NCBI GenBank assembly: GCA_964658305.1
Contig: OZ210884.1
Coordinates: forward strand, 8,432,001-8,484,367
Reading direction: 5' to 3'
Length of the DNA stretch: 52,367 nucleotides
Source of the DNA: Leptogorgia sarmentosa
Taxonomy: Eukaryota
The first letter of the stretch is position 1, and each line of letters opens with the position of its first letter. This document shows, piece by piece, positions 19,601 through 33,100 of the stretch. Made by a program: the position numbers and the translations under genes. The notes beneath the pieces are model-generated. The model was given only the letters and a program-made list of their open reading frames with translations. It was not told the origin of the DNA and ran no database searches.

Positions 19601-22448
19601 AGCCTAACCGCAACATTTCCAGCCTAACCCCAGCCTTTTCGTGCCTAACCGCAACCTTTCCTGCCTAACCCCACCCTTTTCCTGCCTAACCGCAACCTTT
19701 CCAGCCTAACCCCAGCCTTTTCCTGCCTAACCGCAACCTTTCCAGCCTAACCCCAGCCTAACCGCAACCTTTCCAGCCTAACTCCAGCCTTTTCCTGCCT
19801 AACCGCAACCTTTCCAGCCTAACCCCAGCCTTTTCGTGCCTAACGGCAACCTTTCCTGGCTAACCCCACCCTTTTCCAGCCTAACCGCAACCTTTCCAGC
19901 CTAACCCCAGCCTTTTCCTGCCTAACCGCAACCTTTCCAGCCTAACCCCAGCCTTTTCCAGCCTAACCGCAACCTTTCCAGCCTAACCCCACCCTCTTCC
20001 AGCCTAACCGCAACCTTTCCAGCCTAACCCCAGCCTTTTCCAGCCTAACCGCAGCCTTTTCGTGCCTAACTGCAACCTTTCCAGCCTAACCCCAGCCTTT
20101 TCCTGTCTAACCGCAACCTTTCCAGCCTAACCCCAGCGTTTTCCAGCGTAACCGCAACCTTTCCAGCCTCACCACAGCATTTTCCAGCCTAACCGCAACC
20201 TTTCCAGCCTAACCCCAGCCTTTTCCAGCCTAACCGCAACCTTTCCAGCCTAACCCCACCCTTTTCCTGCCTAACCGGAAACTTTCCAGCCTAACCCCAA
20301 CCTTTTCCAGCCTAACCGCAACCTTTCCAGCCTAACCCCACCCTTTTCCTGCCTAACCGCAACCTTTCCAGCCTAACCGCAGCCTTTTCCTGCCTAACCG
20401 CAACCTTTCCAGCCTAACCCCAGCCGTTTCCTGCCTAACCGCAACCTTTCCAGCCTAACCCCAGCCTTTTCGTGCCTAACCGCAACCTTTCCTGCCTAAC
20501 CCCACCCTTTTCCTGCCTAACCGCAACCTTTCCAGCCTAACCCCAGCCTTTTCCTGCCTAACCGCAACCTTTCCAGCCTAACCCCAGCCTTTTCCAGCCT
20601 AACCGCAACCTTTCCAGCCTAACCCCACCCTTTTCCAGCCTAACCGCAACCTTTCCAGCCTAACCCCAGCCTTTTCCTGCCTAACCGCAGCCTTTCCAGC
20701 CTAACCGCAACCTTTCCAGCCTAACCCCAGCCTTTCCAGCCTAACCCCAGCCTTTTCGTGCCTAACCGCAACCTTTCCTGCCTAACCCCACCCTTTTGCT
20801 GCCTAACCGCAACCTTTCCAGCCTAACCCCAGCCGTTTCCGGCCTAACCGCAACCTTTCCAGCCTAACCGCAACCTTTCCAGCCTAACCGCAACCTTTCC
20901 AGCCTAATCGCAACCTTTCCAGCCTAACCGCGGCCTTTTCCAACCTAACCGCAACCTTTCCAGCCTAACCCCGGCCTTTTCCAACCTAACCGCAACCTTT
21001 CCAGCCTAACCCCAGCCTTTTCCTGCCTAACCGCAACCTTTCCAGCCTAACCCCAGCCTTTTCCAGCCTAACCGCAACCTTTCCAGCCTAACCCCACCCT
21101 TTTCCAGCCTAACCGCAACCTTTTCAGCCTAACCCCAAGCTTTTCCAGCTTAACCGCAACCTTTTCAGCCTAACCCCAAGCTTTTCCAGCTTAACCGCAA
21201 CCTTTTCAGCCTAACCCCACCCTTTCCTGCCTAACCGCAACCTTTCCAGCCTAACCCCACCCTTTTCCTGCCTAACCGCAACCTTTCCAGCCTAACCCCA
21301 GCCTTTTCCTGCCTAACTGCAACCTTTCCAGCCTAACCCCACCCTTTTCCTGCCTAACCGCAACCTTTCCAGCCTAACCCCACCCTTTTCCTGCCTAACC
21401 GCAACCTTTCCAGCCTAACCCCAGCCTTTTCCTGCCTAACCGCAACCTTTCCAGCCTAACCCCAGCCTTTTCCTGCCTAACCGCAACCTTTCCAGCCTAA
21501 CCCCAGCCGTTTCCTGCCTAACCGCAACCTTTCCAGCCTAACCCCAGCCGTTTCCTGCCTAACCGCAACCTTTCCAGCCTAACCCCACCCTTTTCCAGCC
21601 TAACCGCAACCTTTCCAGCCTAACCCCAGCCTTTTCCTGCCTAACCGCAACCTTTCCAGCCTAACCCCAGCCTTTTCCAGCCTAACCGCAACCTTTCCAG
21701 CCTAACCCCACCCTTTTCCAGCCTAACCGCAACCTTTCCAGCCTAACCCCAGCCTTTTCCTGCCTAACCGCAGCCTTTCCAGCCTAACCGCAACCTTTCC
21801 AGCCCAACCCCAGCCTTTCCAGCCTAACCCCAGCCTTTTCGTGCCTAACCGCAACCTTTCCTGCCTAACCCCACCCTTTTGCTGCCTAACCGCAACCTTT
21901 CCAGCCTAACCCCAGCCGTTTCCTGCCTAACCGCAACCTTTCCAGCCTAACCGCAACCTTTCCAGCCTAACCGCAACCTTTCCAGCCTAATCGCAACCTT
22001 TCCAGCCTAACCGCGGCCTTTTCCAACCTAACCGCAACCTTTCCAGCCTAACCCCGGCCTTTTCCAACCTAACCGCAACCTTTCCAGCCTAACCGCAGCC
22101 TTTCCAACCTAACCGCAACCTTTCCAGCCTAACCGCAGCCTTTCCAGCCTAACCGCAACTTTCCAGCGTAACCGCAACCTTTCCAGCTTAACCGCAACCT
22201 TTTCCAGCCTAACCCCAGCCTTTCCCAGCCTAACCGCAACCTTTTCCAGCCTAACCCCAAGCTTTTCCAGCTTAACCGCAACCTTTTCCAGCCTAACCGT
22301 AACCTTTTCCAGCCTAACCCCAACCTTTTCCAGCCTAACCGCAACCTTTTCCAGCCTAACCGCAACTTTTCCAGCCTAACCTCAACCTTTCCAGCCTAAC
22401 CCCTGCCTTTTCCAGCCTAACCGCAACTTTTCCAGCCTAACCGCAACC
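13685..22448 (+). repeat. Satellite array
   Basis: Direct inspection. Confidence 0.97.
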
Positions 22449-23339
22449 TTTTTTCCGGCTGTGTGCATCGCTTGCAATAGTTGAAAAGCATCCGTGTGCC
22501 TCAATCCTTCTAGATACAAAATATGCCAGCGATTGGAAAGCATGAAACCGTCGATCACAAGTGCCTAAGTTTGTTAAATTTAACAACCTGGCCGCCATTT
22601 TCAATTTCAACTCGACACCAGGCCATTGTCTTCCCGCTTTCAGGGCTGAGAATTCAACCAATCACAAGGTAGGCGGGAAACATACTGATGTGATTTCGCT
22701 CCATTTTTTAATAGAGAGCTGTCAGTGTAACTGGGACCCAGTCCTCTGAATGATAAAACAGCTCGGCCAAGAAGACGCCATCTTGAATATACTGTAAAAT
22801 AGATTAAAAAGATTTTCTTTTCTTTTAAAGTTTTTGAAACTAGACTGATGTAAAGGTACATTAAACAATCGCATCATGTCTGCTGCATCGAAATTCCCAA
22901 TACAGTCAACGGCAGGAGCCGTGCCGGTTAAAAATGAGAAAGGTATTAAAGTAGAAACTAGAAATTATGTTTTATCACTATGAGTTCATTTTTTATTTTG
23001 AACGTGTGTATTTTGTCTGGAATTAAACTGATCGTTGTTGTTTGTGGTTGTTTTAAGGTGAATTGTCAATGCAGAAATTCAAAGTTACTACAAACTTCCT
23101 GCCACCATTATTTTACCTTTTTAAATTGTGCCCTTCTTTATATGAAGGCCCGTGTAAGTTGAAATGCTAATCAAGCCTGCTCTTTGCTAGGCCTGGGTAT
23201 GCTCAATCATCCAGTGATGAAGATGATGAAGAAGAAAATGAATTTGTGCAAGAGCAGCGTGAACCTGTGGATATTCTCATGGACAGATGGTTGAAAGAGG
23301 TGAGTTTTTTATACATCTTCCTTCATCACTATCTCATTT
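22449..23339. repeat. Island A copy 2
   Basis: Near-identical to 794-1684 (offset 21655). Confidence 0.92.
22876..23299 (+). pseudogene. MFAP1: MFAP1 5' fragment, copy 2
   Basis: Exons 22876-22942, 23058-~23089, 23191-23299. Confidence 0.9.
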
Positions 23340-23943
23340 CCCTAACCCTAACCACTTTTCCAGCCTAACCGCAACTTTTCCAGCCTAACCCCAACCTTTT
23401 CCAGCCTAACCCCAACCTTTTCCAGCCTAACCCCAACCTTTTCCAGCCTAACCCCAACCTTTTCCAGCCTAACCACAACCTTTTCCAGCTTAACCGCAAC
23501 CTTTTCCAGCCTAACCGCAACCTTTTCCAGCCTAACGCCAACCTTTTCCAGCCTAACCGCAACCTTTTCCAGCCTAACCCCAACCTTTTCCAGCCTAACC
23601 CCAACCTTTTCCAGCCTAACCCCACCCTTTTCCAGCCTAACCCCAACCTTTTCCAGCCTAACCCCAACCTTTTCCAGGCTAACCCCACCCTTTTCCAGCC
23701 TAACCCCAACCTTTTCCAGCATAGACCCAACCTTTTCCAGCATAGCCCCAACCTTTTCCAGCATAGCCCCAACCTTTTCCAGCATAGCCCCAATCTTTTC
23801 CAGCATAGCCCCAACCTTTTCCTGCCTAACCCCAACCTTTTCCAGCCTAACCCCAACCTTTTCCAGCCTACACCCAACCTTTTCCAGCCTACACCTAACC
23901 TTTTCCAGCCTAGCCCCAAGCTTTTCCAGCCAGCATTTTCCTG
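23340..23943 (+). repeat. (CCCTAA)2CC plus 21-bp satellite subfamily
   Basis: Direct inspection. Confidence 0.95.
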
Positions 23944-24801
23944 CCAGACTCGCTCTGTGCGGATGGTAGGGCACTTGACGAATCCTTTTGTTTTTTTTTC
24001 TTCTTCCTTGACTATTCTTGCTTTTTGACCCTTCTATAATGTTGGGATGTTGAAAAAAGCGATGAAAATAAATTTTGACGTCCGCGCATGCGCAATGGAT
24101 ACTACGGACCTTGACGAAATTATTCTCGGTTTTTTCACTCAAAAATATTTTTTTTGTTTCTTCCTTGACTATTGTTGCTTTTTAATACTTTCACAATGTC
24201 TGGGATGCTGAAAAAAACGAAGAAAAACTGGTGAAAATAAATTTTGAAGTACGCGCATGCGCAATGCGCTTTACGAAATTAGTTTCGGTTTTTTTCACTC
24301 AAAACTTTTTTTTCCGTTTCTTCCTTGACAATTGTTACTTTTAACACTTTCACAATGTCTGGGATGTTGAAAAAACGAAGAAAAAACGAAGAAAACAAAT
24401 TTTGACGCACGCGCATGCGCAGTGAAATTCACCAAACGAGTCCCACAACAACCACGCCACAAGAGTGCAACGTAGTTAAATACAAATCCGGAATATAGCT
24501 TATTGGTTATCATGCTACGACATTGCCTTTCGCCAAAGGACAAGGTGCTTATCACATATGGTCTAGGGGCCGATCTGCATCTCCCTGCTCTCTGAGTGTC
24601 CTGAATGTCAAAGTAATAGCTTGTTACCAGTCAAGACATAGCGGGCATCCCCGATGCGTTCCGGTTGCCTTAGTAAGTCCCTACTGGCGATCTACCAGAC
24701 TCGTTCTGTGCGGATGGTAGGGCACTTGACGAATTCTTTTCGGTTTTTTTCTTGACTATTCTTGCTTTTTAACACTTTCGCAATGTCTGGGATGTTGAAG
24801 T
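23944..24801. repeat. Island B copy 3
   Basis: Near-identical to 2268-3125 (offset 21676). Confidence 0.93.
24490..24740 (+). ncRNA. Candidate structured Pol III ncRNA, copy 3
   Basis: Same sequence as 2814-3064. Confidence 0.45.
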
Positions 24802-27800
24802 CAACCTTTTCCTGCATAACCGCAACCTTTCCAGCCTAACCCCAGCCTTTTCCAGCCTAACCCCAGCCTTTTCCAGCCTAACCCCAGCCTTTTCCAGCCT
24901 AACCGCAACCTTTTCCAGCCTAACCGCAACCTTTCCAGCCTAACCGCAACCTTTCCAGCCTAACCTAACCCCAGCCTAACCCCAGCCTTTTCCTGCCTAA
25001 CCCCAGCCTTTTCCAGCTAACCCCAGCCTTTTCCAGCCTAACCGCAACCTTTCCAGCCTAACCCCAGCCTTTTCCTGCCTAACCGCAACCTTTCCAGCCT
25101 AACCCCAGCCTTTTACTGCCTAACCACAACCTTTCAAGCCTAACCCCAGCCTTTTCCAGCCTAACCGCAACCTTTCCAGCCTAACCCCAGCCTTTTCCTG
25201 CCTAACCGCAACCTTTCCAGCCTAACCCCAGAATTTTCCAGCCTAACCGCAACCTTTCCAGCCTAACCACAGCCTTTTCCTGCCTAACCGCAACCTTTCC
25301 AGCCTAACCCCAGCCTTTTCCTGCCTAACCGCAACCTTTCCAGCCTAACCCCTGCCTTTTCCTGCCTAACCGCAACCTTTCCAGCCTAACCGCAGCCTTT
25401 TCCTGCCTAACCGCAACCTTTCCAGCCTAACCCCAGCCTTTTCGTGCCTAACCGCAACCTTTCCAGCCTAACCCCAGCCTTTTCCTGCCTAACCGCAACC
25501 TTTCCAGCCTAACCCCAGCCTTTTCCTGCCTAACCGCAACCTTTCCAGCCTAACCCCTGCCTTTTCCTGCCTAACCGCAACCTTTCCAGCCTAACCGCAG
25601 CCTTTTCCTGCCTAACCGCAACCTTTCCAGCCTAACCCCAGCCTTTTCGTGCCTAACCGCAACCTTTCCAGCCTAACCCCAGCCTTTTCCTGCCTAACCG
25701 CAACCTTTCCAGCCTAACCCCAGCCTTTTCCTACCTAACCGCAACCTTTCCAGCCTAACCCCAGCCTTTTCCTGCCTAACCGCAACCTTTCCAGCCTAAC
25801 CCCAGCCTTTTCCAGCCTAACCGCAACCTTTCCAGCCTAACCCCACCCTTTTCCAGCCTAACCGCAACCTTTCCAGCCTAACCCCAGCCTTTTCCAGCCT
25901 AACCGCAACCTTTCAAGCCTAACCCCACCCTTTTCCTTCCTAACCGCAACCTTTCCAGCCTAACCCCAGCCTTTTCCTGCCTAACCGCAACCTTTCCAGC
26001 CTAACCCCACCCTTTTCCTGCCTAACCGCAACCTTTCCAGCCTAACCCCAGCCTTTTCCTGCCTAACCCCACCCTTTTCTTGCCTAATCGCAACCTTTCC
26101 AGCCTAACCCCAGCGTTTTCCAGCCTAACCGCAACCTTTCCAGCCTCACCACAGCATTTTCCAGCCTAACCGCAACCTTTCCAGCCTAACCCCTGCCTTT
26201 TCCTGCCTAACCGCAACCTTTCCAGCCTAACCGCAGCCTTTTCCTGCCTAACCGCAACCTTTCCAGCCTAACCCCAGCCTTTTCCTGCCTAACCGCAACC
26301 TTTCCAGCCTAACCCCACCCTTTTCCTGCCTAACCGCAACCTGTCCAGCCTAACCCCAGCCTTTTCCTGCCTAACCCCACCCTTTTCTTGCCTAATCGCA
26401 ACCTTTCCAGCCTAACCCCAGCGTTTTCCAGCCTAACCGCAACCTTTCCAGCCTCACCACAGCATTTTCCAGCCTAACCGCAACCTTTCCAGCCTAACCG
26501 CAACCTTTCCAGCCTAACCGCAACCTTTCCAGCCTAACCCCAGCCTTTTCCAGCCTAACCGCAGCCTTTTCCTGCCTAACCGCAACCTTTCCAGCATAAC
26601 CCCAGCCGTTTCCTGCCTAACCGCAACCTTTCCAGCCTAACCCCAGCCTTTTGGTGGCTAACCGCAACCTTTCCTGCCTAACCCCACCCTTTTCCTGCCT
26701 AACCGCAAACTTTCCAACCTAACCCCAGCCTTTTCGTGCCTAACCGCAACCTTTCCGGCCTAACCCCACCCTTTTCCTGCCTAACCGCCACCTTTCCAGC
26801 CTAACCCCAGCCTTTTCCTGCCTAACCGCAACCTTTCCAGCCTAACCCCAGCCTTTTCCAGCCTAACCGCAACCTTTCCAGCCTAACCCCACCCTTTTCC
26901 AGCCTAACCGCAACCTTTCCAGCCTAACCCCAGCCTTTTCCAGCCTAACCGCAGCCTTTTCCTGCCTAACCGCAACCTTTCCAGCCTAACCCCAGCCGTT
27001 TCCTGCCTAACCGCAACCTTTCCAGCCTAACCCCAGCCTTTTCGTGCCTAACCGCAACCTTTTCCTGCCTAACCCCACCCTTTTCCTGCCTAACCGCACC
27101 CTTTTCCTGCCTAACCGCAACCTTTCCAGCCTAACCCCAGCCTTTTGCTGCCTAACCGCAACCTTTCCAGCCTAACCCCAGCCTTTTCCAGCCTAACCGC
27201 AACCTTTCCAGCCTAACCCCAGCCTTTTCCAGCCTAACCCCAGCCTTTTCCAGCCTAACCGCAACCTTTCCAGCCTAACCCCACCCTTTTCCTGCCTAAC
27301 CGCAACCTTTCCAGCCTAACCGCAGCCTTTTCCAGCCTAACCGCAACCTTTCCAGCCTAACCCCACCCTTTTCCTGCCTAACCGCAACCTTTCCAGCCTA
27401 ACCGCAGCTTTTTCCTGCCTAACCGCAACCTTTCCAGCCTAACCCCAGCCTTTTCCAGCCTAACCGCAACCTTTCCAGCCTAACCCCACGCTTTTCCAGC
27501 CTAACCGCAACCTTTCCAGCCTAACCCCACCCTTTTCCTGCCTAACCGCAACCTTTCCAGCCTAACCGCAGCTTTTTCCTGCCTAACCGCAACCTTTCCA
27601 GCCTAACCCCAGCCTTTTCGTGCCAAACCGCAACCTTTCCTGCCTAACCCCACCCTTTTCGTGCCTAACCGCAACCTTTCCAGCCTAACCCCAGCCTTTT
27701 CCTGCCTAACCGCAACAATTCCAGCCTAACCCCAGCCTTTTCCAGCCTAACCGCAACCTTTCCAGCCTAACCCCACCCTTTTCCAGCCTAACCGCAACCT

Positions 27801-30800
27801 TTCCAGCCTAACCCCAGCCTTTTCCAGCCTAACCGCAGCATTTTCCTGCCTAACCGCAACCTTTCCAGCCTAAGCCCAGCCGTTTACTGCCTAACCGCAA
27901 CCTTTCCAGCCTAACCCCAGATTTTTCGTGCCTAACCGCAACCTTTCCTGCCTAACCCCACCCTTTTCCTGCCTAACCGCAACCTTTCCAGCCTAACCCC
28001 AGCCTTTTGCTGCCTAACCGCAACCTTTCCAGCCTAACCCCAGCCTTTTCCAGCCTAACCGCAACCTTTCCAGCCTAACCCCACCCTTTTCCAGCCTAAC
28101 CGCAACCTTTCCAGCCTAACCCCACCCTTTTCCTGCCTAACCGCAACCTTTCCAGCCTAACCGCAGCTTTTTCCTGCCTAACCGCAACCTTTCCAGCCTA
28201 ACCGCAGCTTTTTCCTGCCTAACCGCAACCTTTCCAGCCTAACCCCAGCCTTTTCCAGCCTAACCGCAACCTTTCCAGCCTAACCCCACGCTTTTCCAGC
28301 CTAACCGCAACCTTTCCAGCCTAACCCCAGCCTTTTCCAGCCTAACCGCAACCTTTCCAGCCTAACCCCACCCTTTTCCTGCCTAACCGCAACCTTTCCA
28401 GCCTAACCCCAGCCTTTTCCAGCCTAACCGCAACCTTTCCAGCCTAACCCCACCCTTTTCCTGCCTAATGGCAACCTTTCCAGCCTAACCGCAGCCTTTT
28501 CCTGCCTAACCGCAACCTTTCCAGCCTAACCCCACCCTTTTCCTGCCTAACCGCAATCTTTTCAGCCTAAACCCAGCCTTTTCCTGCCATACCGCAACCT
28601 TTCCAGCCTAACCCCAGCCTTTTACAGCCTAACCGCAACCTTTCCAGCCTAACCCCACCCTTTTCCTGCCTAACCGCAACCTTTCCAGCCTAACCGCAGC
28701 CTTTTCCTGCCTAACCGCAACCTTTCCAGCCTAACCCCAGCCGTTTCCTGCCTAACCGCAACCTTTCCAGCCTAACCCCAGCCTTTTCGTGCCTAACCGC
28801 AACCTTTCCTGCCTAACCCCACCCTTTTCGTGCCTAACCGCAACCTTTCCAGCCTAACCCCAGGCTTTTCCTGCCTAACCGCAACCTTTCCAGCCTAACC
28901 CCAGTCTTTTCCAGCCTAACCGCAACCTTTCCAGCCTAACCGCAACCTTTCCAGCCTAACCCCACCCTTTTCCAGCCTAACCGCAACCTTTCCAGCCTAA
29001 CCCCAGCCTTTTCCAGCCTAACCGCAGCCTTTTCCTGCCTAACCGCAGCCTTTTCCTGCCTAACCGCAACCTTTCCAGCCTAACCCCAGCCGTTTCCTGC
29101 CTAACCGCAACCTTTCCAGCATAACCCCAGCCTTTTCGTGCCTAACCGCAACCTTTGCTGCCTAACCCCACCCTTTTCCTGCCTAACCGCAACCTTTCCA
29201 GCCTAACCCCAGCCTTTTGCTGCCTAACCGCAACCTTTCCAGCCTAACCCCAGCCTTTTCCAGCCTAACCGCAACCTTTCCTGCCTAACCCCACCCTTTT
29301 CCAGCCTAACCGCAACCTTTCCAGCCTAACCCCAGCCTTTTCCAGCCTAACCCCAGCCTTTTCCAGCCTAACCCCAGCCTTTTCCAGCCTAACCGCAACC
29401 TTTCCAGCCTAACCCCACCCTTTTCCTGCCTAACCGCAACCTTTCCAGCCTAACCGCAGCCTTTTCCAGCCTAACCGCAACCTTTCCAGCCTAACCCCAC
29501 CCTTTTCCTGCCTAACCGCAACCTTTCCAGCCTAACCGCAGCCTTTTCCTGCCTAACCGCAACCTTTCCAGCCTAACCCCAGCCTTTTCCAGCCTAACCG
29601 CAACCTTTCCAGCCTAACCCCACGCTTTTCCAGCCTAACCGCAACCTTTCCAGCCTAACCCCAGCCTTTTCCAGCCTAACCGCAACCTTTCCAGCCTAAC
29701 CCCACCCTTTTCCTGCCTAACCGCAACCTTTTCCTGCCTAACCGCAACCTTTCCAGCCTAACCGCAGCCTGTTCCAGCCAAACCGCAACCTTTCCAGCCT
29801 AACCCCACGCTTTTCCAGCCTAACCGCAACCTTTCCAGCCTAACCCCAGCCTTTTCGTGCCTAACGGCAACCTTTCCTGCCTAACCCCACCCTTTTCCTG
29901 CCTAACCGCAACCTTTCCAGCCTAACCCCAGCCTTTTCCTGCCTAACCGCAACCTTTCCAGCCTAACCCCAGCCTTTTCCAGCCTAACCGCAACCTTTCC
30001 AGCCTAACCCCACCCTTTTCCAGCCTAACCGCAACCTTTCCAGCCTAACCCCAGTCTTTTCCAGCCTAACCGCAGCCTTTTCCTGCCTAACCGCAACCTT
30101 TCCAGCCTAACCCCAGCCGTTTCCTGCCTAACCGCAACCTTTCCAGCCTAACCCCAGCCTTTTCGTGCCTAACCGCAACCTTTCCTGCCTAACCCCACCC
30201 TTTTCCTGCCTAACCGCAACCTTTCCAGCCTAACCCCACCCTTTTCCTGCCTAACCGCAACCTTTCCAGCCTAACCCCAGCCTTTTGCTGCCTAACCGCA
30301 ACCTTTCCAGCCTAACCCCAGCCTTTTCCAGCCTAACCGCAACCTTTCCTGCCTAACCCCACCCTTTTCCTGCCTAACCGCAACCTTTCGAGCCTAACCC
30401 CAGCCTTTTCCAGCCTAACCCCAGCCTATTCCAGCCTAACCGCAACCTTTCCAGCCTAACCCCACCCTTTTCCTGCCTAACCGCAACCTTTCCAGCCTAA
30501 CCGCAGCCTTTTCCAGCCTAACCGCAACCTTTCCAGCCTAACGCCACCCTTTTCCTGCCTAACCGCAACCTTTCCAACCTAACCGCAGCCTTTTCCTGCC
30601 TAACCGCAACCTTTCCAGCCTAACCCCAGCCTTTTCCAGCCTAACCGCAACCTTTCCAGCCTAACCCCACGCTTTTCCAGCCTAACCGCAACCTTTCCAG
30701 CCTAACCCCAGCCTTTTCCAGCCTAACCGCAACCTTTCCAGCCTAACCCCACCCTTTTCCTGCCTAACCGCAACCTTTCGAGCCTAACCCCAGCCTTTTC

Positions 30801-32209
30801 CAGCCTAACCGCAACCTTTCCAGCCTAACCCCACCCTTTTCCTGCCTAACCGCAACCTTTCCAGCCTAACCGCAACCTTTCCAGCCTAACCGCAGCCTTT
30901 TCCTGCCTAACCGCAACCTTTCCAGCCTAACCCCAGCCGTTTCCTGCCTAACCGCAACCTTTCCAGCCTAACCCCACCCTTTTCGTGCCTAACGGCAACC
31001 TTTCCTGCCTAACCCCACCCTTTTCCTGCCTAACCGCAACCTTTCCAGCCTAACCCCAGCCTTTTCCTGCCTAACCGCAACCTTTCCAGCCTAACCCCAG
31101 CCTTTTCCAGCCTAACCGCAACCTTTCCAGCCTAACCCCACCCTTTTCCAGCCTAACCGCAACCTTTCCAGCCTAACCCCAGTCTTTTCCAGCCTAACCG
31201 CAGCCTTTTCCTGCCTAACCGCAACCTTTCCAGCCTAACCCCAGCCGTTTCCTGCCTAACCGCAACCTTTCCAGCCTAACCCCAGCCTTTTGGTGCCTAA
31301 CCGCAACCTTTCCTGCCTAACCCCACCCTTTTCCTGCCTAACCGCAACCTTTCCAGCCTAACCCCAGCCTTTTCGTGCCTAACCGCAACCTTTCCTGCCT
31401 AACCCCACCCTTTTCCTGCCTAACGGCAACCTTTCCAGCCTAACCCCACCCTTTTCCTGCCTAACCGCAACCTTTCGAGCCTAACCCCAGCCTTTTCCAG
31501 CCTAACCGCAACCTTTCCAGCCTAACCCCACCCTTTTCCTGCCTAACCGCAACCTTTCGAGCCTAACCCCAGCTTTTTCCAGCCTAACCGCAACCTTTCC
31601 AGCCTAACCCCACCCTTTTCCTGCCTAACCGCAACCTTTCCAGCCTAACCGCAGCCTTTTCCTGCCTAACCGCAACCTTTCCAGCCTAACCCCACCCTTT
31701 TCCTGCCTAACCGCAACCTTTCCAGCCTAACCCCAGCCTTTTCCAGCCTAACCGCAACCTTTCCAGCCTAACCCCAGCCGTTTCCCGCCTAACCGCAAGC
31801 TTTCCAGCCTAACCCCAGCCTTTTCCAGCCTAACCGCAACCTTTCCAGCCTAACCCCACCCTTTTCCTGCCTAACGGCAACCTTTCCAGCCTAACCGCAG
31901 CCTTTTCCTGCCTAACCGCAACCTTTTCAGCCTAACCCCACCCTTTTCCTGCCTAACCGCAATCTTTCCAGCCTAAAACCAGCCTTTTCCTGCCATACCG
32001 CAACCTTTCCAGCCTAACCCCAGCCTTTTCCAGCCTAACCGCAACCTTTCCAGTCCAACCCCACCCTTTTCCAGCCTAACCCCAACCTTTTCCAGCCTAA
32101 CCGCAACCTTTTCCAGCCTAACCGCAACTTTTCCAGCCTAACCGCAACCTTTCCAGCCTAACCCCTGCCTTTCCAGCCTAACCGCAACTTTTGCAGCCTA
32201 ACCGCAACC
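24802..32209 (+). repeat. Satellite array
   Basis: Direct inspection. Confidence 0.97.
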
Positions 32210-33100
32210 TTTTTTCCGGCTGTGTGCATCGCTTGCAATAGTTGAAAAGCATCCGTGTGCCTCAATCCTTCTAGATACAAAATATGCCAGCGATTGGAAA
32301 GCATGAAACCGTCGATCACAAGTGCCTAAGTTTGTTAAATTTAACAACCTGGCCGCCATTTTCAATTTCAACTCGACACCAGGCCATTGTCTTCCCGCTT
32401 TCAGGGCTGAGAATTCAACCAATCACAAGGTAGGCGGGAAACATACTGATGTGATTTCGCTCCATTTTTTAATAGAGAGCTGTCAGTGTAACTGGGACCC
32501 AGTCCTCTGAATGATAAAACAGCTCGGCCAAGAAGACGCCATCTTGAATATACTGTAAAATAGATTAAAAAGATTTTCTTTTCTTTTAAAGTTTTTGAAA
32601 CTAGACTGATGTAAAGGTACATTAAACAATCGCATCATGTCTGCTGCATCAAAATTCCCAATACAGTCAACGGCAGGAGCCGTGCCGGTTAAAAATGAGA
32701 AAGGTATTAAAGTAGAAACTAGAAATTATGTTTTACCACTATGAGTTCATTTTTTATTTTGAACGTGTGTATTTTGTCTGAAATTAAACTGATCGTTGTT
32801 GTTTGTGGTTGTTTTAAGGTGAATTGTCAATGCAGAAAGTCAAAGTTACTACAAACTTCCTGCCACCATTATTTTACCTTTTTAAATTGTGCCCTTCTTT
32901 ATATGAAGGCCCGTGTAAGTTGAAATGCTAATCAAGCCTGCTCTTTGCTAGGCCTGGGTATGCTCAATCATCCAGTGATGAAGATGATGAAGAAGAAAAT
33001 GAATTTGTGCAAGAGCAGCGTGAACCTGTGGATATTCTCATGGACAGACGGTTGAAAGAGGTGAGTGTTTTATACATCTTCCTTCATCACTATCTCATTT
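32210..33100. repeat. Island A copy 3
   Basis: Near-identical to 794-1684 (offset 31416). Confidence 0.92.
32637..33060 (+). pseudogene. MFAP1: MFAP1 5' fragment, copy 3
   Basis: Exons 32637-32703, 32819-~32850, 32952-33060; exon 2 reads MQKVKV (consensus-like V). Confidence 0.9.
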
